64,000 nt of DNA from Sedimentisphaeraceae bacterium JB056 (lineage in GTDB: Bacteria > Planctomycetota > Phycisphaerae > Sedimentisphaerales > Sedimentisphaeraceae). The stretch's first letter is position 1. The number at the start of each line of letters is the position of its first letter. This document shows positions 39,914 through 49,727 of this stretch, piece by piece. The stretch is taken from the NCBI GenBank assembly GCA_044440125.1, contig JBITAJ010000024.1, forward strand, positions 14,576 to 78,575, in the 5' to 3' direction. A program made the translations under genes and the position numbers. Under the pieces are notes generated by a model. The model saw only the letters and a list, made by a program, of their open reading frames with translations. It was not told the DNA's origin and ran no database searches.

Positions 39914-41029
39914 TTAAACGGAAACAGTGCAATTCTCATTTGCAAATACGGCATCTCTCATCGCTAAAACATTCTTAAGCGAAACATTACTCAAAAGTGC
40001 TTCGTGACTTGGCGATACAATATAACGAGGACCAAAAACCTCTTTAAGTCGGCATACTTCTTCATACACCTGCTCAGCCGTACCAAAAGGTAATAATTCC
40101 TGGGTATCAACACCGCCAACAAACACTATACTTTCATCAAACTGCTCTTTAAGTGTTACAGCATCCATACATGCCGCTTTAGCCTGAAGAGGATGCAAAG
40201 CGTCAATTCCAATATCAATAAGGTCAGGAATAATTCGTCCGATAGAACCGCAACTGTGAAGCATAACCCTTAAATTGAATTCTTTAGCCTGTGCGACAAT
40301 CCTCTTATAACCAGGAATAATAAAACGAGAACAGGCATCAGGACTTATAAGCAAATCAAGCTGACTTCCAAGATCATTGCCAAAAAACAATACATCAATA
40401 TCATCAGCCATTAAATCAAGACATCTTCTATTAGCTTCAAGATAAAAACTAATAATCTTTTCGGTAGCAGCTTCAACAACCTCAGGATGTGTATACATCT
40501 TCATAAAATAATTTTCCATCCCGAAAAAATCACAAAGCACATGGAAAAATGACATCCACATACCGCCTGCTACTGCTAAGCTCTCCTTCTTAACTTCATC
40601 AAGAAGAGCAACCGCATTTGTAAAATCAAGATATTGAGGATCAGGCCACTCAAAATCCTCAATTTCACTCACGCTGTCAGTATTGGCAAAAATCCCAGGC
40701 TGACTAAGTGAATTATAGTCTTTCCCACCTGTTACATCAAACATCGGCTTACCTTCGGGATGCTTCCATGTACCCGTCATAATCTCAGGGCTAAGCCAAA
40801 ACAAATCGCTCTCTAAAGCCGCGGCAAGCTTTACATCAAGGATGTCTATATTTGTCGCGAGTAAACCATGGGACTCTGATTTATCAGGAATTTTATAATC
40901 ACCTATATCAATTCCAAGCTCACGTGCATAGATTAATTTCGTATCGTCCGCAGGATGACCAATCCAAAAACCGACCCTATCTGTAGGCTCATTGTTAAAA
41001 ATCGCGTTTATTCTTTCTTTAGAATTCAT
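39914..41029 (-). CDS. URO-D/MtaA-CmuA-like family protein
   Basis: MNSKERI, NDLGSQLDLLISP, MLHSCG, GIDALHPLQ, GGVDTQELL, YIVSPSH. Confidence 0.85.
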   Translation of the reverse strand: MNSKERINAIFNNEPTDRVGFWIGHPADDTKLIYARELGIDIGDYKIPDKSESHGLLATNIDILDVKLAAALESDLFWLSPEIMTGTWKHPEGKPMFDVTGGKDYNSLSQPGIFANTDSVSEIEDFEWPDPQYLDFTNAVALLDEVKKESLAVAGGMWMSFFHVLCDFFGMENYFMKMYTHPEVVEAATEKIISFYLEANRRCLDLMADDIDVLFFGNDLGSQLDLLISPDACSRFIIPGYKRIVAQAKEFNLRVMLHSCGSIGRIIPDLIDIGIDALHPLQAKAACMDAVTLKEQFDESIVFVGGVDTQELLPFGTAEQVYEEVCRLKEVFGPRYIVSPSHEALLSNVSLKNVLAMRDAVFANENCTVSV

Positions 41030-41062
41030 AATAACTTTCCTGTTGTTATAGCATTTTGTATT

Positions 41063-42508
41063 TCAAGATTGCCATTGTTGTTCTATCTGCTCTAATGTTT
41101 TGCCCTTAGTCTCAGGAACCTTGAGGTATATAAAGAACACCGAAGGTAGCAGTAGCAATGAATATACTAAAAAGGTCTTGCCTGCCCCCAGATTATCTCT
41201 AAGCCATGGAAATGACTGAGCGACAAATGCACAACTTATCCAAACCATAAAAGTAGCTATTGACATTGCACGACCTCGTATTTTTGTTGGGAAAATTTCC
41301 GAAATAACAACCCACACAACCGGCCCAAATGAAAAGGCAAAACAAGCCACATGAGCGCAAAAGAGCAATGAAAGCAATGTCGCACTTACATTTGCCCTGC
41401 CAAAGAATATACTTAATAGAATAAGTATGGCACACATCCCTATTGCACCGGCCTGCAGCAACGGCTTTCTGCCGAGCTTATCAACCTTCAATATAGCCAC
41501 TAAGGTAAAAACAAAATTGACGGTACCGATTAATACCTGTATCTTAAACGCAGAGGAAGCAAATCCAGCCTGACTGAAAATCGTAGTACCATAATAGATG
41601 ATAACATTTATACCGGTTATTTGAGAAAAGACAGGTAGAAGTATTCCTATCAAAAGGGCTAACCTCAAGCCTGACTTAAATAGATACGATATCTTCGCAT
41701 CTTCCTTCTCAAGCACATCAGACAGCTGCTTTAATTCCAATTCTGCTTCTTTTTTACCGACTACTTTTGACAAAAACTTTACAGCATTTTCTTTATATCC
41801 CTGCTTTGCCAACCAACGAGGACTCTCAGGAACAAAAAACAGAAGCAATAAAAACATTGTCGCAGGCAAAGCTTCTGCCAGGAACATGCCTCGCCAAAAT
41901 TCCGTCACAAAAATTTTATTGACAAAACCGTCCAAAACCTGCCCCGCATGAGACTGCGAATAAAGCACAATAACAGAGTTTGAACAATATGCCAACAGCA
42001 CACCAAGCACAATCGCGAGCTGATAAAGGGCAACTAACCGCCCCCTCAAATTGGCCGGCGAATACTCAGATATATATAACGGCGAAAGCATTGATGCCAT
42101 TCCAACACCAACACCGCCAATAAGTCTGGCACATACCAAAAAGGTAACTGTCGGCGGAATAGCCGAGCCGATTGCGGAAATCAGGAATAAAAATGCAGCA
42201 AGAATCAGTATTTTTTTTCGCCCAAACTTATCACTCAAAATCCCTGCAAAACATGCTCCAATGATACAGCCGAGCAGAGCCGAGGATACAACCCATCCTT
42301 CCATCATACTCGTAAGTTCAAACTTAATCCTCAAAGAATCAACCGTCCCTGAAATAACGGCGGTATCAAAGCCAAAAAGCAGACCGCCTAACGCCGCAAC
42401 AAAACATATCATTCCAAGATAAATTGTATTACCTTTTTCAGAAACGTTTATATTCTCCTGATATATCTGATTGTCATTCATACGTCCAACCTTATTTTGA
42501 TTTAACAA
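41063..42508 (-). CDS. MFS sugar porter (XylE/AraE-like)
   Basis: GGLLFGFDTAVISG, DKFGRK, PESPRWL, QITGIN, SEIFP, PETKG. Confidence 0.93.
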   Translation of the reverse strand: MLNQNKVGRMNDNQIYQENINVSEKGNTIYLGMICFVAALGGLLFGFDTAVISGTVDSLRIKFELTSMMEGWVVSSALLGCIIGACFAGILSDKFGRKKILILAAFLFLISAIGSAIPPTVTFLVCARLIGGVGVGMASMLSPLYISEYSPANLRGRLVALYQLAIVLGVLLAYCSNSVIVLYSQSHAGQVLDGFVNKIFVTEFWRGMFLAEALPATMFLLLLFFVPESPRWLAKQGYKENAVKFLSKVVGKKEAELELKQLSDVLEKEDAKISYLFKSGLRLALLIGILLPVFSQITGINVIIYYGTTIFSQAGFASSAFKIQVLIGTVNFVFTLVAILKVDKLGRKPLLQAGAIGMCAILILLSIFFGRANVSATLLSLLFCAHVACFAFSFGPVVWVVISEIFPTKIRGRAMSIATFMVWISCAFVAQSFPWLRDNLGAGKTFLVYSLLLLPSVFFIYLKVPETKGKTLEQIEQQWQS

Positions 42509-45500
42509 ATTCCATAGTCATAATTTCAAATTTACTAAGTGTAATTGGAAATTCAACTTTTTCTCCGCATTCCTGATTACGACATACATAATCTTCCACA
42601 GAATCAATATCGAATTTCTGTGATTCTGTAGTCGTATTAAAAAATCTAACTTCAAGTGCATTACCATTATTTAAAGGTCTTACGCTCGTTGCGATTATAT
42701 TAGAATTGGTGATACTGAACAACTTTTGACTGTCTTGCCTGACACTGTCAACAGATACCGCAACCAAAGGTCGGCTACAGGATATGCCGTATTTCTGCAT
42801 GTCTATTATCTCAGAACCAAGATGAGGCTTTATAGAATATCTAAAAGTTGTAACACCTTCCTGATCAGCTTTAAAATTTGTCCACCAGTAATTATTCATC
42901 ACATATGAATAAAAGGTATTCGATTTACTCAGCTCTTTTGTCCAATCCGGATAGAAATTCCTGACATTAATGCCGCCCTTTTCAACAATTGGTGCATCAA
43001 GCGTAACCCATGTTACACCGTAGTCCTTATTTGAAATATCAATCCATCGATTAACACACATAAACAATGTATTAGCTCCCGGCAACTGATCTTCAAGAGG
43101 ATTTATCACCGCCCATGGAATATCAACAAGCATTTTGCCCTGCGGCACATTAAAATCAAATCCTATATGCACTCCCTCATGCTCACGAACTTGTTTTCTG
43201 TCAAGAGTATTGGTAATATCTATTCTTCCAAGTTGTTCAATGAGAGTTATCTCTCTTGTAAGCTTATTACAACCCGGAGCATCGGAGGTAATTTCAACAG
43301 TAGAAAGAACAGCACCCTGCTCTTTAACTTCTATTGCAACATCACCATTTTTAACCGGTTCGGTATCATCTCCAAGCACATAATAGTACTCATTAAGCCC
43401 CATACCCGATTTGGTATCAGCCAAATCCACATCAACACCCTTGAGTCTCAAACTCTCAATAGCTCCAGTGCTTTGATTGAATTTAAGGGTTATATCTTTT
43501 GACGAAATCTGCCTTTTAGAAGCTTTTACATCGCCTCTTTCAACCTCTCCGGAAACTATCTTGAAACAGCGAGAACCGAAAGCAGGAATATTCTCAGCAA
43601 TAAATACAAACTCACCTGTACTCAAAAGCTGTGAAGGCACGATAGTGCCCTGATAATCTTTTACAACATTATCCTCAGAACCACTCTCAAGAGTAACAAT
43701 ATCGGTTCTGTCCCACGACAAGGTATTAAAAACTTCTATATTTTCAACTTCATTCTTAAAAGAGGCAACCTTGCTTAGTGCTCCATTCAAAAGCATTTTT
43801 GACCACTTGTCTGCATCAAGAGCTTTCTGTCTCTTCCATGCCCACTGTCCTTTAGTAAACTCACTGTCGGGTTGACTGATACTTACATTAGCCCCCCACG
43901 TATGCTCTGTATAAAGCATTACACTCATCCACGCCTTGTCAAACTTATTCGACGGATAATTTTCTGAATCAAGCATTGACCACATAGTTTCCGCCTGAAC
44001 AAGCCTCTCCGCCGCATTCCTGCTTATAGCCGTCTCACGAGCAGAAGAAGCTGCCCCATCCTCCCAATATGGAGTAAAATCTCCAGAATATTCAGGCAAA
44101 CTCTCACCATAACGCTGTTCAAAATCATGAAACATATCACTTGTTGTTGCTATAATGAGCCTTGGATAGTCATATTTTGAATTCCAGTCCGCAACAAAAG
44201 AAGCAATATCCCTTGAAGGACCTCCATTATCACCGGTTGTAAATCGAGTATAAAGAATATCATACGGATAAGCTGATTCATTCTGCTTTATTCGATTAAT
44301 ATAAGCCTTTAACTGATCTGCGTTATTGAAAGCCGGATAATATCCGTTATTAGTCTGCCAACAAAGAAGTTTCTCTTTGCCTGAAGGTGAAATCCAGTAA
44401 AAAGGTTTATTATCCCAGGCCTGGCGTGTTCCACCTAAATGATCGCCTCCATTAGGTCCCCATGACATGTACTTTATACCACTTTTAGCGAGTGCCGGCA
44501 CTACACCCCAAGTATATCCCGGCACATCTGATATCATAGCAGAGTCTATATTAAAACCGTATTTTTCTCGCAGTTCTTTAGCAAACTGAACTGTCCTGAA
44601 AAGTTCCTCTTCTCTGGCAAGACCTGTATGCTGATTACCGTAAAGAGCATCAAGTCCAATCCAGCCTTTTTTAACGGCATCGATAAGCTTTTTGACATCT
44701 TGACTTGGATGTGTATTCACATAACTCTCAACCGCCCACAGCACTTCAACATTCCACTTAAATACAGAACCCTCAGGATTGCCGGATGTTGCCTTTGACA
44801 TTTCAATTGCGTCATCTATAAATCTTTTTTGGTTTACAAGTACTTCCTCCTGCTTATGAGTATAACCCAAGTCAACATGGGAATGAGGCAATATATATAT
44901 GTCCCATTTTCTAAGAGGCTCAACAGTAAGTTTACTTGTTGTAATCTTTGATTCTGCTATAAAATCAAACTGTATTTCTGTTGCTTTTTCAACAGCAGGA
45001 ACAAAAAACTCAAAACTGTTTATACCTTCTGCAAGGCTTATCTTCTCTCCTGAATTTCCTGAGTAATTTATCTCTGCCTTATTATTGTTACCGAAATTAA
45101 GCACCTCATACTCAACAGATTGATGCAGTTTATCACCTATTGTTTTTAGCGAAATACCCGGCTTTGCGGCAAGCAGCCTTACCACATCCGTAGGAGACTC
45201 GTAATTCATTGATACAGGGGTATAAAGACCTATCCAATCATAAAGCACCCAACTGCCGCGAAGACTGGTTATTATTATCTCATTACTGCCTTTTTTGAAG
45301 TATGAAGATGGAAATTCAACTTCTATCAAAGACTCCTTACCCTTTGAAGGGTCTCCAAAAATAGAACCATCACCACCTCCGGCACGTAATTGATGCTGCG
45401 TAGAATTACCATTTATTGCAACTTCCAACATTGGAGGATCGTAGCTGTGAGTATCAACCATATCAACGACAAATTTACAATCACCCTGCTCAACATCACT

Positions 45501-45791
45501 TACAATATCAAACAAGATTACAAAATCATGAGATCTGCGTCCAGAACTGCCCCCGTCAACAGGCCCCGGATGCCAGTAAGACCAATCTTTTGAAGCTTCT
45601 GACCTGCCAACACAATATACAGGATCGCCCTTAAAATATTCATTAAACTTATTATACTGATTGGGAGCCATCGCAAATTCTTCAGTACTGTTATCTCTGC
45701 TACCTATCTCCCACAGCAATTTATTGCCCTGAGCACATGTTATGCCAATAAATGATACTAAGTAAAAAATTGCACAAAATATGTTTCTCAT
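42492..45791 (-). CDS. secreted GH38-like alpha-mannosidase
   Basis: PHSHVDLGY, ISDVPG, GDN, YWEDG, YTEHTWG, FNTLSWDRTD, MNNYWWTNFKA; N-terminal domain similar to that of 29341-32145. Confidence 0.82.
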   Translation of the reverse strand: MRNIFCAIFYLVSFIGITCAQGNKLLWEIGSRDNSTEEFAMAPNQYNKFNEYFKGDPVYCVGRSEASKDWSYWHPGPVDGGSSGRRSHDFVILFDIVSDVEQGDCKFVVDMVDTHSYDPPMLEVAINGNSTQHQLRAGGGDGSIFGDPSKGKESLIEVEFPSSYFKKGSNEIIITSLRGSWVLYDWIGLYTPVSMNYESPTDVVRLLAAKPGISLKTIGDKLHQSVEYEVLNFGNNNKAEINYSGNSGEKISLAEGINSFEFFVPAVEKATEIQFDFIAESKITTSKLTVEPLRKWDIYILPHSHVDLGYTHKQEEVLVNQKRFIDDAIEMSKATSGNPEGSVFKWNVEVLWAVESYVNTHPSQDVKKLIDAVKKGWIGLDALYGNQHTGLAREEELFRTVQFAKELREKYGFNIDSAMISDVPGYTWGVVPALAKSGIKYMSWGPNGGDHLGGTRQAWDNKPFYWISPSGKEKLLCWQTNNGYYPAFNNADQLKAYINRIKQNESAYPYDILYTRFTTGDNGGPSRDIASFVADWNSKYDYPRLIIATTSDMFHDFEQRYGESLPEYSGDFTPYWEDGAASSARETAISRNAAERLVQAETMWSMLDSENYPSNKFDKAWMSVMLYTEHTWGANVSISQPDSEFTKGQWAWKRQKALDADKWSKMLLNGALSKVASFKNEVENIEVFNTLSWDRTDIVTLESGSEDNVVKDYQGTIVPSQLLSTGEFVFIAENIPAFGSRCFKIVSGEVERGDVKASKRQISSKDITLKFNQSTGAIESLRLKGVDVDLADTKSGMGLNEYYYVLGDDTEPVKNGDVAIEVKEQGAVLSTVEITSDAPGCNKLTREITLIEQLGRIDITNTLDRKQVREHEGVHIGFDFNVPQGKMLVDIPWAVINPLEDQLPGANTLFMCVNRWIDISNKDYGVTWVTLDAPIVEKGGINVRNFYPDWTKELSKSNTFYSYVMNNYWWTNFKADQEGVTTFRYSIKPHLGSEIIDMQKYGISCSRPLVAVSVDSVRQDSQKLFSITNSNIIATSVRPLNNGNALEVRFFNTTTESQKFDIDSVEDYVCRNQECGEKVEFPITLSKFEIMTMEFVKSK

Positions 45792-45864
45792 AATTATCCT
45801 GCTTAAAACTGTTATTATCAGGCTAAAGCCCCTTTTATTATACTTTAATCATAACATTTTGTTT

Positions 45865-45930
45865 ATTCTACCCCTTACAACGCTAATAAACAATCCTTAT
45901 TAACGTTATAATATACCGTTTTTGCGCAAA
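45865..45930 (-). promoter_or_regulatory. tandem activator half-sites overlapping a sigma70 promoter (copy 2)
   Basis: TTTGCGCAAAAACGGTATATTATAACGTTAATAAGGATTG, then TTGTTT-17-TAGAAT. Confidence 0.72.
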
Positions 45931-45987
45931 CAGCATCTTAATGTGTATAATTTAGGCAATTTTAATCGAGAAAAACCAAAATACTAA

Positions 45988-46021
45988 AAAATCCTGATCC
46001 AACATGGCAGATCAGGATTTT
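45988..46021 (-). terminator. intrinsic terminator after GH92
   Basis: AAAATCCTGATC-10 nt-GATCAGGATTTT. Confidence 0.7.
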
Positions 46022-46087
46022 CATTATAAATTACGGCAACAACAAAGTTTCATTAATACCACTTAACCTATCTGGTTAAATCGGAGG

Positions 46088-48343
46088 CTATTCGACACCC
46101 CATGATTTATTGGGCTCATTGCCCATTACAAATATGAGCTCGCCGCCATTGGATATTGTTTGATGGGTTATAGACGATTTATTGTACACTTTTCCATTTA
46201 GTGCAGCTGATTGTATATAAATATTTTCAGCAGAGAGGTTCACTGCTTTGATTGTAAATCTGCTGCCACTATAAAAATCATTATCCAACTTTATAGACAC
46301 TGACTCGAAAATCGGAGCAGTTAACTGATAAACAGGCTCTCCCGGGCAAAGCTGATACAGCCCCATTGCACTCATTACATACCAAGCTGACATACAACCG
46401 TAATCATCGTCCATTTGCTCTAAAAAACCATCAGGCGTGGCTTTGTATATTCTATCAAACTTTGGCGTCCTAAAGAATCCGTGCGTACCGTATCGTTGAA
46501 GCATTTTTTCTGTGAGTATTTTGCGAACCCATTTTTGGGTTTGCCAAGGTTCTCCCGCATAATTAAACAGAAACGGCACATGTAAATCAGGCTGATTACC
46601 ATGATTGTAAAGATCTTCTTCAAAAAAATAATCAAGGTCAGAAGCAAACTTTTCTTTGCCCCCTATCAATTCAATAAGCCCATCAACATCATGAATAGCA
46701 GTCCATCTCCATTGCCACGGAGTACCCTCGTACATATACTTCTCGCGATTTAAAGCAGGACTTTCCGGAAAATCAAGCCATGTTCCATCTTCCGCTTTAG
46801 CTCTAAAAAATCCAATACTTGGATCCCATGTATTTTTGTAAGAATTAGAGCGTTTTATAAAACGCTCATAATCATCTTGCTTGCCTAATCTCTTTGCCAT
46901 CTGAGCAACACACCAGTTATCATAGGAATATTCACAAGTCTGATCAGGTCTTGCCGGGATATAGCCGATTTCCTCATATTTTTCAGGCATCTGAGTCAGC
47001 ATTTCCTCAACTATGCCCTTATAAGCTTGCTCCTGCCTTTGATTATAGATACCTTTTTTGTAAGAATCTAATACCATAGACATCATATGCTCATTACGGC
47101 AATTCATAAAGGGAAGAAAACCATTTTTACCAGAAAATACAAACATACAAGAATGAGGCTTATGCTCTGGGTCTGCATAATGCCAATATCCGGATTGCTG
47201 CTGATAAAGATTAATAATCGAGTTAGTTATTTTCCAATACAACTGAGGATTAACTATACTTATAAGCGGATATTTTGTCCTATAACTATCCCAAAAGGCA
47301 AAATTAAAATATTGCTTATTTTCTTTATCTGTATATATCGCTTTGTCTAAGCCAACATATTGTCCATCAACATCAGAAATTACCGAAGGTTGATGGAATG
47401 AGTGATATAGATGAGTATAGAACAATTCTTTATACTCAAAATCACCCTCAACCTCTACTACAGAAAGCTTATCGTTCCAGTTATCTTTGACATCATTAAC
47501 TATCTGGTTAAAATTCCAATCAGCAAGCTCATACCTGAGATTATTTCTCGCTTGCTGCCTGCTCACAGTAGAAAATCCAATCCTTAGGTAAATATCTTCA
47601 CCTTTATCTGCCGTAAAACCAAAAGATACACTTGGGATTCTTGAACTGCCTTTAAGAGGCTCAAAATCATCACCTAATATTATGCCTCTATCAAATGATT
47701 TGCTAAACTCTCCATAGAAATATTGGCTACCAAGACCATTAACCATACCGGTAAACGCATCTTTACCAACAATCTCAATTTCTGATTTTTTGACCATATG
47801 CCGTCTTGAAGGGTCAACTAAAATATGAAATTCGCCAGATTCTGGAGATGTATATTTATGAAAACCGCAATGAGCAGTTACTGTAAGCTCAGCTTTTATC
47901 CCATTATCCAAGGCAACCTTATAATACCCCGGATGAGCAACTTCGGTAGACTTATCAAACCTGATCTTTCTTTTTCCGGTTGATATTTCATCGTTACTAT
48001 TGAGGTATGGAAAAACAGACACAAACCCTGATCTGTCAGAGATGCTGCCGCCGCCTGAAGTTGCAAGCCTTATATGACTGAATCCCCGAATAAACTTATC
48101 AGAATAATTGTATCCTGAATGGGCAAAATCGCCATCACCGGTTAAACTGCTCGGATAGGTATCAGGACCAAGCTTCACCATACCATTGGGATAATAAGCC
48201 CCGGGGAAAAACTGTCCGCTATCATCTTGAGTACCGATGAATGTATCTACATAATCCACCGCCGTGATTTTCATTTCGGAAGCATATACAATAAAATTGA
48301 AAGCCACAATTAGTATCAGTACATTTAATTTAATCTTATTCAT
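46088..48343 (-). CDS. GH92 alpha-1,2-mannosidase family
   Basis: YVDTFIGT, PGAYYPNGMVKLGPDT, GFSH, WDSYR, YEGTPWQW, HGNQP, DDYGCMSAWYV. Confidence 0.9.
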   Translation of the reverse strand: MNKIKLNVLILIVAFNFIVYASEMKITAVDYVDTFIGTQDDSGQFFPGAYYPNGMVKLGPDTYPSSLTGDGDFAHSGYNYSDKFIRGFSHIRLATSGGGSISDRSGFVSVFPYLNSNDEISTGKRKIRFDKSTEVAHPGYYKVALDNGIKAELTVTAHCGFHKYTSPESGEFHILVDPSRRHMVKKSEIEIVGKDAFTGMVNGLGSQYFYGEFSKSFDRGIILGDDFEPLKGSSRIPSVSFGFTADKGEDIYLRIGFSTVSRQQARNNLRYELADWNFNQIVNDVKDNWNDKLSVVEVEGDFEYKELFYTHLYHSFHQPSVISDVDGQYVGLDKAIYTDKENKQYFNFAFWDSYRTKYPLISIVNPQLYWKITNSIINLYQQQSGYWHYADPEHKPHSCMFVFSGKNGFLPFMNCRNEHMMSMVLDSYKKGIYNQRQEQAYKGIVEEMLTQMPEKYEEIGYIPARPDQTCEYSYDNWCVAQMAKRLGKQDDYERFIKRSNSYKNTWDPSIGFFRAKAEDGTWLDFPESPALNREKYMYEGTPWQWRWTAIHDVDGLIELIGGKEKFASDLDYFFEEDLYNHGNQPDLHVPFLFNYAGEPWQTQKWVRKILTEKMLQRYGTHGFFRTPKFDRIYKATPDGFLEQMDDDYGCMSAWYVMSAMGLYQLCPGEPVYQLTAPIFESVSIKLDNDFYSGSRFTIKAVNLSAENIYIQSAALNGKVYNKSSITHQTISNGGELIFVMGNEPNKSWGVE

Positions 48344-48349
48344 ATCAGC

Positions 48350-49717
48350 CTACAATCTTTCTTTCAAAATACTGCTAAACTCTCTATAAACCTTGCAAAT
48401 TAACTCTCCAAACAATGTATTTGCCCAGGCAAACCAACTTCTGCTAAAATTGTTGCAATCATCCTTATGAAAAGATTCGTGCATAAATCCAGAGTTGTTA
48501 TGAGTTACTTTAAGCATAGACAAGCATTTTTTAATCTCATCAGCATCATTACTGGTTAACGCTCTTAGGATAATACCCATAGGCCAAATATTTTCCTTGC
48601 CGGTATGCGGGCTTCCCTGTCCACAAGCGACTTTGCCACTTATAAAATATGGATTAGAGTCACTAAGCAAGAATTTTCTTGTTTGCTGATAAACCTCATC
48701 AGAAAAATCGCATACTCCAATGTAAGGCAAAGACATCAAACTTGGCACATTTGCATCATCCATAAATACCTTGTTTCCAAACCCATCAACCTCATATGCG
48801 TAAATCTCACCAAAACTCAAATGCTCAACAATTGCATAATCATTTACCGCATTTTTAATCTCAACAGAAAAGTCAGAACATTCTTTTGAGAATTCTAAAT
48901 CACCCAAAATATCACTATATATCTGAGCAATCTGTTCAAGCGATTTTGCGGCAAATAAATTTGATGGTATCAAAAATGGAAACAATGTTGCATCATCCGA
49001 AGGCCTGAACATTGAACATATCAAACCGATTGCTTTTACCGGTCGGCCTGTACCTTCAAACAAGGGGGCGTCTGTCATCTCGTCGGTAGTACGCTTGAAA
49101 CGGTATGGAGTTTTAGAATCTTTTCGTTGTTCAGTTCTGAATGTCTCAACAATTAAATGCATGGCCTCATCAAAACCATCATCAAATACTGATTTATCAC
49201 CAGTTATCTGCCAATACTCATAAGCCAATCTAACGACATAACATAAAGAATCAATCTCCCATTTACGTTCATGGACACCCGGTTTCATTTTTGGTATATC
49301 ATTATTCCAGCGTGAAACCTCATTAATATCCTTATAGAATGCGTTTGCATAAGGGTCCAGTATCACACATTTAACCTGCCGGTGTACAAGCCCCTTAATC
49401 ATTTCTCTGAGTTTAGAATCTTCATTAATAAGCGGCATATAAGGCCAAACCTGACAGGTAGAATCCCTAAGCCACATCGCATCAATATCGCCGGTAATAA
49501 CAAACGTATCGGGCTTACCATCAATAATATCAAAATCAACCGTAGTATCCAATGTATTTGGAAAACAATTCTCAAACATCCACGCCAATTCCGGATCTAC
49601 GATTTCAGACTTTATCGTTTTTATCAACGCCTCTACAGACATTGAATTAAAGGTGCGTTTTTCGACAGCAGGCCGCTTAGATTGAAACTCAAGCATGTTG
49701 TTTTCCGAGCTTACCAT
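48350..49717 (-). CDS. GH125 exo-alpha-1,6-mannosidase family
   Basis: NCFPNTLDTT, TGDIDAMWLRDS, ERKWEIDS, MDDANVPSL, FMHESF, WFAWAN. Confidence 0.93.
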   Translation of the reverse strand: MVSSENNMLEFQSKRPAVEKRTFNSMSVEALIKTIKSEIVDPELAWMFENCFPNTLDTTVDFDIIDGKPDTFVITGDIDAMWLRDSTCQVWPYMPLINEDSKLREMIKGLVHRQVKCVILDPYANAFYKDINEVSRWNNDIPKMKPGVHERKWEIDSLCYVVRLAYEYWQITGDKSVFDDGFDEAMHLIVETFRTEQRKDSKTPYRFKRTTDEMTDAPLFEGTGRPVKAIGLICSMFRPSDDATLFPFLIPSNLFAAKSLEQIAQIYSDILGDLEFSKECSDFSVEIKNAVNDYAIVEHLSFGEIYAYEVDGFGNKVFMDDANVPSLMSLPYIGVCDFSDEVYQQTRKFLLSDSNPYFISGKVACGQGSPHTGKENIWPMGIILRALTSNDADEIKKCLSMLKVTHNNSGFMHESFHKDDCNNFSRSWFAWANTLFGELICKVYREFSSILKERL

Positions 49718-49727
49718 AATAGAAATA

